Of a DNA stretch of 64,000 nt, positions 20,091 to 28,621 are shown one piece after another. The position numbers were made by a program, and so were the translations under genes. The notes below the pieces were generated by a model. It was not told the origin of the DNA. It ran no database searches and saw only the letters and a list, made by a program, of their open reading frames with translations. This stretch comes from an uncultured Spirochaetota bacterium (GTDB lineage Bacteria; Spirochaetota; Brevinematia; Brevinematales; JAOACQ01). Location: positions 224,001-288,000 of the forward strand of contig CAWIGG010000002.1 of the NCBI GenBank assembly GCA_963835575.1, written 5' to 3'. Each line of letters starts with the position of its first letter. The first letter of the stretch is position 1.

Positions 20091-21869
20091 TCAGAAAGGC
20101 CATTCTGGGAGCCATTTCAGTAATTGAACATAGTCTCTGCCGGCCGGCATTCCGGAAATGACCGGATAAAAGATGATAAAAAGGGCCGCCGCGGCCGCCA
20201 GCCAGCCGTAAATCAAAAACCGGGTCCATGTTTTCTTTTCCGTAATATGACGCATTATATAAACGGCGCAGAGGACCATAAAAGGAACGGCCGCGTAGAA
20301 ATGATAAATCCAGGTCAGTCTCTGCACAAGAATCCACGGGAGATACTGGGCAAAAAAGCCCGTCAGGATGAAGAAAGCCTTTTTGTCCCTTGTTTTAATA
20401 CCGGCGATAAGGCATGCTATGACAGCCAGAATGCCCGGCCACCAGACCGCTGGATTTCCCATGGCGGCTATGGTGGAGACGGTGACGGCCGGAAAATATT
20501 CATGGCCGCTGTAGTACCAGACGGGTTTCAGCATCAGCGGCCATGTCCACCATTTTGAAGCGTAGGGATGTGTTGCATTGAGGCTGGTATGATAGCGGAG
20601 CATGTTCAGCTGGTTGCCCAGGATCTGGTCCAATCCCGGGCCGCGCGCGAAAGGCGTGGGCAGGTAGGAAAGAACATATACTGACGCGGGAATGACGATG
20701 AATGACAGCGCGGCAATCCCGGCCAGCTTGAGGATTTGCCCGGGATAGCGCCTGACGGAAGCCTTGAGCGTTTCCGCATCTCCGTCCGGAATATTTTTCC
20801 CCGCATTGATTTTCCGGGCCGCGCAGGAACGGTATTCCTGAAAACTCCTGAAGACGGCCGCAAAGAAAATAACGGCAAGTCCCGCGCCGGCGTAAAAAGA
20901 AATCCACTTGACCGATATGCCGAGTCCGAAAAAAAGTCCGCTGAGGAGGAGCGGACAGGCCGCTTTTTTAAGGCCGTTTTTAAAAAGGTCCCCGCTGTAA
21001 AAACAGTACATGAAATAATACATCAGAATGATAAAAAAGACGGCAAATGTGTCGACAGTCCCTATCCGGGATTCTGTAAAATGGAGAAAATCGGCCGCGA
21101 ACAGTATCAGCGCGAAAAACGCGTATTTCCGGCTGTTGAATAATCCGCGGGCGAGCAAGTAAAGAATGATGAGCATGCCGATCCCGAAGAGGGCGCCCAT
21201 CACGCGCCAGCCGAAGGGGCCCATGCCGGAAAGAAATATTCCGCCTGCGATGATCAGTTTGCCGAGGGGCGGATGCGTCCACTCAAAAGGCTCCATTCCA
21301 TGAAGATATTCGTACGCCGTCCGGGCCGTGTAAATTTCGTCAAAATACATACTATTATAGAAGGAAGGAGTAAAAGGAACGGCCGCCTGTTCGTCAAAAA
21401 GGTTGGCCGGAGAACCTTCGCTTAACGGGCTGATTTTTACCGGGATGATATTTTTTACTCTTAAAAGGCGGTACATATTATTTTCTTCTCCCCAGATGCC
21501 GGCCTCGTAAAGAGTGGAACCGGGAATTTCCACTGTCAGCCGGATAAAAGCGGCGCTGAAATCATATTCCGTCCTTTTCCAGGCAAAAAGAGAGGGGATG
21601 AGGGCCCGGTCTTTCATCCAGTTTGTGCCGTCCTGTGAATATTCCAGATCGTATCGCCCTTCGCCGCTTATACCGCCGAAACAGGAAATATATTTTACGT
21701 CTTGTTTTCCGCCCAGGTCAATAATAAAGCTTTCACTTTGTGCGGCCGGCTTCCAGCCGGTGCGGGGGCTTTTCGGGCTTCCGAGATTAAGGAAGGCGAT
21801 AAAGCTGTACACGCATAATAACAGGCAGAGGAATATCAGCTCCTTGTTTGTAAAGGGAAGTCTGGTCAT
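20091..21869 (-). CDS. GT-C protein O-mannosyltransferase-like (PMT/GT39) membrane glycosyltransferase with an N-terminal discoidin-like domain
   Basis: YFDEIY, HPPLGK, PFGWR, VKW, HPYASKWWTWP, MGNP motifs; many TM segments. Confidence 0.85.
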   Translation of the reverse strand: MTRLPFTNKELIFLCLLLCVYSFIAFLNLGSPKSPRTGWKPAAQSESFIIDLGGKQDVKYISCFGGISGEGRYDLEYSQDGTNWMKDRALIPSLFAWKRTEYDFSAAFIRLTVEIPGSTLYEAGIWGEENNMYRLLRVKNIIPVKISPLSEGSPANLFDEQAAVPFTPSFYNSMYFDEIYTARTAYEYLHGMEPFEWTHPPLGKLIIAGGIFLSGMGPFGWRVMGALFGIGMLIILYLLARGLFNSRKYAFFALILFAADFLHFTESRIGTVDTFAVFFIILMYYFMYCFYSGDLFKNGLKKAACPLLLSGLFFGLGISVKWISFYAGAGLAVIFFAAVFRSFQEYRSCAARKINAGKNIPDGDAETLKASVRRYPGQILKLAGIAALSFIVIPASVYVLSYLPTPFARGPGLDQILGNQLNMLRYHTSLNATHPYASKWWTWPLMLKPVWYYSGHEYFPAVTVSTIAAMGNPAVWWPGILAVIACLIAGIKTRDKKAFFILTGFFAQYLPWILVQRLTWIYHFYAAVPFMVLCAVYIMRHITEKKTWTRFLIYGWLAAAAALFIIFYPVISGMPAGRDYVQLLKWLPEWPF

Positions 21870-23443
21870 TGTTTCATCCTTATCTCATTATTCTCTGGAA
21901 TTCCCGCTTCCGATGAAATAAACAGGAGAGGGTTTCTGTTTTTAATAAACAGGTCATAGCCGGTTTTTACAAGCCATGCAAGGGCCGTCAGATGGAGAAA
22001 TGAAATGATAAAAAAGAACTGGTCGAACCGGGGAACATAGAATGAGTTCATCAGGCTGAACTGAAAGACATACCCTGTATTGAGAAAATGCAGCAGGCTT
22101 AAGAACCCGGTGATCAGAAAAATCCTTTTGTCTTTTGTGAAAATGAAAGCAATCAATCCCAGGGCGATGGCCGGGTAGAGGTACCGTTCATGCATCCTGG
22201 AACTTAAAATAAAAACCGCCGTGATAATAAATAAAGCCGTATAAGAATAAAATTCCCGTCCTTTATTTTTCAGGAAGACAAACACGGCCCATCCCAGTAC
22301 GGCAAATATAAATACAAATCCCCAGATGGAATAGGGCAGGAAAAGAAATGTTTCCGAATCAGGCATCCCGTTGCCTCCGGAAAGGGAGAATAAATTGGCA
22401 GCGTTCAGGCTCGCGTAGGGATAGAGGGCAAGGGAGTCCGTGTATTTTTTGAAAATCCAGAACGGACCCTGTATGACGGAAAAGGGAATGATGCCGAGGA
22501 TGAAAACGAGAATGCCGGCCCCCGCGCCGGCCAGGAACGTCCGCAAGCCTCCTTTTCTAATGAAGGCAAAAATAAGGAGCGGGGCGAAGATCAGCGCCTG
22601 CGGTTTGATAAGAAGGGCGGCGGCGAAAAAGCAGCACGCTTGAACGGCCTTTTTTTCAATCAGAAGTATCAGCGTCAGCAGGATGAAGAGGGTGAATACG
22701 GAATCGATCTGGCCCCAGACCGCGGAATTCAGGATAATAGCGGGATTAAAAAGAAAGAGAGCGCTCAGAACAAAAGCCTGCCGGCCGCCTCCGTTTTTTT
22801 CCGCATGGCGGAAGATGAAAAAAGCGGTCAGGAGGTCGGCTATGATTGCCGGCAGTTTAAGAATAATAATATAAAGCCGGGAATCCTGAGGAAGCATAAA
22901 GATTTTTCTGATGGCGCCTATGATGTATAAAAAATAGATATATCCGGGGGGATAGTCCGCGAAAATTCCTATATAGAAGCCCGGTAGTCCCCTGTCGGCG
23001 GCCTGGATCGCCCATGCGGAGAAATTATGTATGTCGACGGGATGCCCTTTAAAGGAAACGGCGAGGATGACGCGGAGGATGAGGCCGGCGGCGAAAAGGA
23101 TGGAAAGGCCCCGGAAATTTATTTCTTTATTCGCAGTGCCGTCAAAAGATTTTTTCTGTAATAAAAAATAGCCTGCCGCCAGAAGCGCGGCGTAGGCAAG
23201 GGTAATAATCAGGAGGACCGGGATCGAGACGGGGTTTCCAGGTTGGGTGTCAGTCACCATCGGGGCCGCCATGTTTGCCAGCTTCATAAAGAAAGGCTGA
23301 ACAGGTGTGAATTTTAGGACAGCCTGTCCATCTTCGACCCGGATGCCGGGTAAATGGGAAATTGTGTTTTCCACCGGGAAAAGACGGCCGCAAAAAGAGA
23401 GCGCAATAATAATGAATAAGAGTTTAACGAGCCTTTTATTCAT
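21866..23443 (-). CDS. GT-C integral membrane glycosyltransferase (ALG6/GT87-like), overlapping the PMT-like gene by 4 bp
   Basis: DYPPGYIY, LKLPAIIAD, FNPAIILNSAVWGQIDS, KPQ, MHERYLYP. Confidence 0.8.
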   Translation of the reverse strand: MNKRLVKLLFIIIALSFCGRLFPVENTISHLPGIRVEDGQAVLKFTPVQPFFMKLANMAAPMVTDTQPGNPVSIPVLLIITLAYAALLAAGYFLLQKKSFDGTANKEINFRGLSILFAAGLILRVILAVSFKGHPVDIHNFSAWAIQAADRGLPGFYIGIFADYPPGYIYFLYIIGAIRKIFMLPQDSRLYIIILKLPAIIADLLTAFFIFRHAEKNGGGRQAFVLSALFLFNPAIILNSAVWGQIDSVFTLFILLTLILLIEKKAVQACCFFAAALLIKPQALIFAPLLIFAFIRKGGLRTFLAGAGAGILVFILGIIPFSVIQGPFWIFKKYTDSLALYPYASLNAANLFSLSGGNGMPDSETFLFLPYSIWGFVFIFAVLGWAVFVFLKNKGREFYSYTALFIITAVFILSSRMHERYLYPAIALGLIAFIFTKDKRIFLITGFLSLLHFLNTGYVFQFSLMNSFYVPRFDQFFFIISFLHLTALAWLVKTGYDLFIKNRNPLLFISSEAGIPENNEIRMKQ

Positions 23444-23794
23444 AATAGTACCTACAGCTCAAATAAGATTTTCCCCGACCTTTATAGCAGGATATAACTA
23501 TAGGCCAAATAAAGAGGTCTGTCAAGAAAGTGTGGAGGGCAGGCGCGGCCTCCGATTTAATCGGGGAGATTGTTCACTTTCTTTTGTCCGGATTGCCTGT
23601 CGGTTATTTCATTTTCGGAGTCAAACCAGCCCCTTACAATAAGCGGGCAAGACAAGCAAAAGAAAGTGAACCGAAAGAAAAATGCCTATTTCGAGGCCAT
23701 TTTCATACGAAGCTATCGGATTGTATGGATGTGTGTTATCCGGCTTTTAATAAACAGTTCATTGTAATAATAGCCGCCTTAAATCGCTGTCCTT

Positions 23795-23838
23795 GCCCAG
23801 CACCACTTTGAGGACGGGCAATCAAAGTGGTGCTGGGC
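23795..23838. repeat. 17-bp perfect inverted repeat (REP-like)
   Basis: gcccagcaccactttga-N10-tcaaagtggtgctgggc. Confidence 0.65.
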
Positions 23839-24197
23839 GTCGGTTTTGACATCCGTGTCAAAAGCATGCGCCTCTCTTCTATTATAATATAAACGGATAG
23901 CACGACTTTATATTGAGATATTTAATGCGCAGATTATGGCTAATGGAAAATGGCCTCTGGAACGGGGGGATGAAGAACTGGATGGAGTAAAAAATAAAAA
24001 ACAAACAACGGACTTTAAGCAAAGAAGCCGTCATTGCGAACAACACATATTCTCCATTGCCGCTGATTTGAGCGTGAAGCAATCTGTCTGCATAAAATAG
24101 TGAAGATGATTAAGAAAAAAATTATAGCTGTGCCGCCACTATTGTTACTGGATATCCCCTCCTGCAGACGGTAAGCCCGGCCTTTTTCGTTCCGCAT

Positions 24198-24351
24198 TTG
24201 ACAAACGCCGGGATAATGTGTTAAACTGAATCGATTGGTAGGAATAGATTTGGGGATTAAATTACTATGTTTTGCTGAAAAAGCAAAGCAATTTTAAGCG
24301 TACTTGTTATGTTAACAGCATTGGGGCATGCGGAGAGGCATGCCTTTTTTT
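24198..24351 (+). promoter_or_regulatory. Sigma70-type promoter followed by a ~115-nt leader that ends in an intrinsic terminator (sRNA or attenuator)
   Basis: TTGACA 24198, TG-n-TAAACT 24222; ggcatgc-ggagag-gcatgcc plus T7 at 24325-24351. Confidence 0.5.
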
Positions 24352-24449
24352 GTTTGAGAAGGAAGTAAAAAGGATTATTTCAGCTATAATAAGATATACA
24401 AAAGTCCTATAAAAATTATTGTAAATTTTGATAGAATAGGAGGTTGCTT

Positions 24450-25076
24450 ATGAAATCCGGCAGTTATTTCTCATGGTTCCAAGAAAATTGGTATAAAGCC
24501 GGGGTATTGGTCGGAATAATCTTGATTGTTTACCTTTTTGCACTTGTACTTCCAAATAATTTGCTGCTTTTTGTCCTGTTAATGTATACCCCTCTATATT
24601 ATCTTCACGAGACTGAAGAATATATTTTTCCAGCCGGTTTTTACCAGTTTTTTAATAAGAATATATTCAAGACAGATCCGGAAAATGGTCCGCTTGAAAC
24701 AAAATCTATATTTTGGATTAATATGGTTTATGTATGGATTGCCATACCAATTTTCAGCCTACTAGCCATTGTTGATTTGCGATGGGCGGCATGGTTGCCC
24801 TATTTTTTCATATTTCAAGCGTTTAGTCATCTAATTCTGGGAATTGTTGGTAAAAAGCTCCTTAACCCGGGTATGATTTCGTCATGGTTAGTGCATGTAC
24901 CTTGGGGAATCTGGACAATAATTCTCCTGATGAATGCAAAAGTTATATTGAATCCATTCTGGAATTTATACCTGCTGATCGGTTTGCTGCTTAATGGAAC
25001 CCTGCCAATCGTGGGACGTTTTCTTCTGGCGCGATACAACAGTAAGAAAAGTGTGGGCAAATCTCGTGCGTCATAG
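24450..25076 (+). CDS. HXXEE-domain membrane protein
   Basis: LHETEEY motif, NPG motif, multiple TM helices; AGGAGG RBS. Confidence 0.85.
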   Translation: MKSGSYFSWFQENWYKAGVLVGIILIVYLFALVLPNNLLLFVLLMYTPLYYLHETEEYIFPAGFYQFFNKNIFKTDPENGPLETKSIFWINMVYVWIAIPIFSLLAIVDLRWAAWLPYFFIFQAFSHLILGIVGKKLLNPGMISSWLVHVPWGIWTIILLMNAKVILNPFWNLYLLIGLLLNGTLPIVGRFLLARYNSKKSVGKSRAS

Positions 25077-25166
25077 TTTTGCCTCTGTATTTTAAGATAT
25101 TTTAGAATAAGTATTTGGAATATCATATAAGTTAAATCGTTAATAAATAATTTGTACCGGACTTTT

Positions 25167-25325
25167 GTATATCAGCGGCTATACGCTCCGCTCCGTCCTC
25201 ACTAGCATTCCGGGCGGTGCTCGGCCTGACGGCAAATTTGGCTTTGTCATCTTTTTTGCGCGTGGGATGCAAAAAAGATGACAACCCTGCGGGACGCCAA
25301 ACTTCTTCTACGCGCACCGTTATAC
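25167..25325 (+). repeat. Degenerate long attC-like (integron cassette) site
   Basis: gtatatc (R''-like, one change from GTATAAC) cagcggctatacgctccgct ... internal hairpin gtcatcttttttgc/gcaaaaaagatgac ... gttatac (R'-like). Confidence 0.5.
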
Positions 25326-25431
25326 GAAATTTGCCGGGCCGAAGCTGGTTGTGTGGTGTTTTCAGGCATCCTTGCCTGAAAACAGCGTAAGGTATATAAT
25401 CAATCTTTAAATAAAACAAAGGAATTAAAGA

Positions 25432-28400
25432 ATGAGAAAACAAGAGGGGCTTTTAATAGTTGAAGAGAAAGTAGATGATTTCAACAGAAACGAAAGTACT
25501 TACCTTTCAAAAAACTTTCAGGAAACGGAAGCGAGGACCCGGTTCATTGACCCGCTTTTTACAGCTCTCGGCTGGGAACTGGAACAAACCGGCCTGAACC
25601 GTCAATGCTGGGATGTTTACCGTGAATTCTCGCAGAGGGACGATTCATCCACTAAAAAGCCCGATTATGCTTTCAGGATCAAAGAAAAAGGCGCGCCCCA
25701 TAATAAATATAAAGAAAAATTCTTTGTCGAGGCGAAAGCCCCATGGGTCCCTCTTACAGACGCAAAGCCCGTCTTTCAGGCCAAAAGATACGCCTTTTCA
25801 TCTCATGGCAAAGCCCCCATCGTCATTCTCACCGACTTTCAGGAATTCCGGGTTTTCAACGGCCTGGAAAGACCGCGTTTCGAAAATCCTCTGCAGGGAT
25901 TGATTAAAGAGCTGGATTTAAAATATACCGATTATTCAGTTAAATGGGATTTACTCTGGGCCAACTTTTCAAAAGAAGCCGTTTATGACGGAAGCATAGA
26001 TATCCTTGCGGGAAAAGTTTCCAGGAGTACAAAAACATTGGACGATGAATTTCTGAATGATATTATCGAATGGAGAGAAACGCTCGCACGGAATGTCGCC
26101 ATCCGGAATAATAACCTGTCCGTCGATGAAATCAATGAAGCCGTTCAAAGAATTCTTGACCGTTTTGTCTTTATCAGAAACCTTGAGGACAGAAACATTG
26201 AAGACGAGAACCTTCTTATAAATCTTGTGGACCGTCAGGACGGCGGGGACGCGCATTTTTATAAATGTATCGTCCCGGTATTCCGTAAATTCGATATTGA
26301 TTATAACGGCCTTCTTTTTAAAAAACATTTCAGCGAAGACCTGGAAATTGATAATAAGGTCATTAAAGATATCATTAAAAGCATGAGTTCGCAGGTCTCA
26401 CCTTTCCGGTTTGATATCATAGAGCCTGAAATATTGGGGCGGATTTATGAAAGATTTCTCGGCTCCAAAATCCGGCTGACGGAAGACCACCATGCGAAGG
26501 TCGAGGAAAAACCGGAAGTGCGCCATGCCGGGGGCGTTTATTACACGCCGGAATATATCGTCAAATACATCGTTGAAAACACCGTGGGAGCGTTATTAAA
26601 AGGTGAAACCGCCGCCACAGACAGGAATGTCTGTGGTACCACCGGCATTCCTGCCGGTGGAGGTATGCCCCCCGAAGAAATCGAGAAAATTAAAATACTC
26701 GACCTCGCCTGCGGTTCGGGAAGTTTCCTGCTTGGGGCTTTCGGCTACCTGATAAAATACCATCAGGATTATTACTCCGGTCTTTCCAAAACCGCCCGGA
26801 AGAAATACAAAGACGATTTTTTTGAAACCCCGGACGGAGAAATCCGCCTGACCCTGCGGAAGAAAGGCAAAATCCTGAAAAACAATATTTTCGGCGTGGA
26901 CATCGACAGGGAGGCCACGGAAGTGGCAATTATGAGCCTTTATTTAAAACTGCTGGACGAGGGTTTTGACAAAGGGCAGGCTTTACTATTTATGAAGGGC
27001 CATATTCTGCCGGATATGACGGCGAATGTGAAGTGCGGGAATAGTTTGATTGGCACGGATTACTTTGAAGGAATGCTAAAGATAAACGATGAGGAATTTA
27101 AGAAGATCAATCCTTTCGATTGGGAGAAAGAGTTTTCTGAAATACTAAAAAAAGGCGGCTTCGATTGTGTGATTGGGAACCCGCCGTATATTCGTATTCA
27201 AGAGCTTAAGGAATATCAACCTGAAACCATTCCCTACTTAAAATCAAAATACTATTCTGCTTTATCTGGAAATATTGACATTTATGTAATTTTCGTGGAA
27301 AAAGGGCTAAGTTTATTAGATAAAAATGGTAAACTTGGATTTATTCTTCCAAGTAAATTTTTTGCCACTGATTATGGAACAGCATTACGAAAAATTATTT
27401 CAGAAAAAAAGGCTTTGAATAAAATAATTGATTTTGGACATTCACAAGTATTTGAAAATGCAACTACTTATACCTGTTTATTATTCCTATCAAATGAACC
27501 GGTTAATAAAATGAATTATACCAAAGTTATTAATACATCTGAGATGCTCAAAGATGAAACAATGTCAATATTAATAGAGAATGATAAACTTACTGATTCT
27601 CCATGGATATTTGCTACAAATACAGAAAATCTAATAGCTGAGAAATTATTAAATAATTGTGTGCCGTTGAGTATGATATCAAGAATTGGGCGTGGCTCTA
27701 GTTCAGGAAATGATGATGTTTTTATGCTAAAAATTAAAAACGGTTCTTTCTTTACACGGCAAGACGAAAGTATTAATATTGAAAAAGAAATTCTACGCGT
27801 ACCTATTTATGCAACTGATTTCAATCGTTTTAGTTTTGCACCAGATTCTGGAGAACTAATTATTTTTCCTTATAAAGTCAATAATAATGATTATGAATTG
27901 ATTTCTGAAAATGAAATAAAAAACAATTTCCCTAAAGCATATAAATATCTTTATACACATAAAAAGGAATTGGAGGCACGCAAACAATTTAAAACATGGT
28001 ATAGTTTTAGTGCTCCAAGAAATTTAGAAGTTCATGAAAAAGCGCATATTCTTGTACCACTTTTAGCGGATCGTGGTTTGTTTTGTCGGCTTCCACTGGA
28101 ATCCAATAATTATTGTTTAATGGCTAGTGGAGGATTTAGTATAACAATAAATAGCGAGTGTGGATTATCTCCAAATTACATACTAGGTTTATTAAATTCA
28201 CGCGTATTATTTTGGCGTCTTCGTTCAATTAGCAATATATTTCGAGGTGGATGGATTACTTGTACAAAACAATATGTCGAAACATTACCAATATATAAAA
28301 TCAATTTTTCTGTTGAAAGAGATAAATTTCATTATGACAGTATGGTATCCTTTGTAGATCAAATGCTTTCCGTTCAAAAAGACCTGCAAAAATCTAATAC

Positions 28401-28524
28401 CGATCAGGGGAAAGCCCTTTTAAACCGGCAGATTGAAATGCTCAACAGCCAGATTGATAAACTGGTATATGAGCTGTATGGATTGACGGACGAGGAGATA
28501 AAAGTGGTGGAGGGGAAGGAATGA
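25432..28524 (+). CDS. Type IIG restriction-modification enzyme (fused REase, N6-MTase and TRD; Eco57I/TaqI-C-like)
   Basis: PDY..FVEAK nuclease motif, GVYYTP, LDLACGSGSFL (motif I), GVDID, NPPY (motif IV), LGLLNS, terminal IDKLVYELYGLTDEEI. Confidence 0.9.
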   Translation: MRKQEGLLIVEEKVDDFNRNESTYLSKNFQETEARTRFIDPLFTALGWELEQTGLNRQCWDVYREFSQRDDSSTKKPDYAFRIKEKGAPHNKYKEKFFVEAKAPWVPLTDAKPVFQAKRYAFSSHGKAPIVILTDFQEFRVFNGLERPRFENPLQGLIKELDLKYTDYSVKWDLLWANFSKEAVYDGSIDILAGKVSRSTKTLDDEFLNDIIEWRETLARNVAIRNNNLSVDEINEAVQRILDRFVFIRNLEDRNIEDENLLINLVDRQDGGDAHFYKCIVPVFRKFDIDYNGLLFKKHFSEDLEIDNKVIKDIIKSMSSQVSPFRFDIIEPEILGRIYERFLGSKIRLTEDHHAKVEEKPEVRHAGGVYYTPEYIVKYIVENTVGALLKGETAATDRNVCGTTGIPAGGGMPPEEIEKIKILDLACGSGSFLLGAFGYLIKYHQDYYSGLSKTARKKYKDDFFETPDGEIRLTLRKKGKILKNNIFGVDIDREATEVAIMSLYLKLLDEGFDKGQALLFMKGHILPDMTANVKCGNSLIGTDYFEGMLKINDEEFKKINPFDWEKEFSEILKKGGFDCVIGNPPYIRIQELKEYQPETIPYLKSKYYSALSGNIDIYVIFVEKGLSLLDKNGKLGFILPSKFFATDYGTALRKIISEKKALNKIIDFGHSQVFENATTYTCLLFLSNEPVNKMNYTKVINTSEMLKDETMSILIENDKLTDSPWIFATNTENLIAEKLLNNCVPLSMISRIGRGSSSGNDDVFMLKIKNGSFFTRQDESINIEKEILRVPIYATDFNRFSFAPDSGELIIFPYKVNNNDYELISENEIKNNFPKAYKYLYTHKKELEARKQFKTWYSFSAPRNLEVHEKAHILVPLLADRGLFCRLPLESNNYCLMASGGFSITINSECGLSPNYILGLLNSRVLFWRLRSISNIFRGGWITCTKQYVETLPIYKINFSVERDKFHYDSMVSFVDQMLSVQKDLQKSNTDQGKALLNRQIEMLNSQIDKLVYELYGLTDEEIKVVEGKE
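26605..26664. repeat. 60-bp REP doublet inserted in-frame in the R-M gene
   Basis: ccacagac-aggaat-gtctgtgg and the inverted ccaccggc-attcct-gccggtgg; AGGT direct repeats at 26601 and 26661. Confidence 0.65.
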
Positions 28525-28621
28525 CTAACTACAGATAAATAGATGCACATGGATAGAAAACGGCCCGAATCTGTGTTTATCCGCGCTTAATTAACCCATA
28601 CGTGGGCAGGGAGGATGAATA

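Noticed and set aside
23530..24197. Short ORFs 23530, 23570, 23882 and 24015
   Set aside because: No motifs or convincing RBS; they overlap repeats and each other
25132..25443. 103-aa minus-strand ORF
   Set aside because: Reads through the attC-like palindrome and overlaps the R-M start
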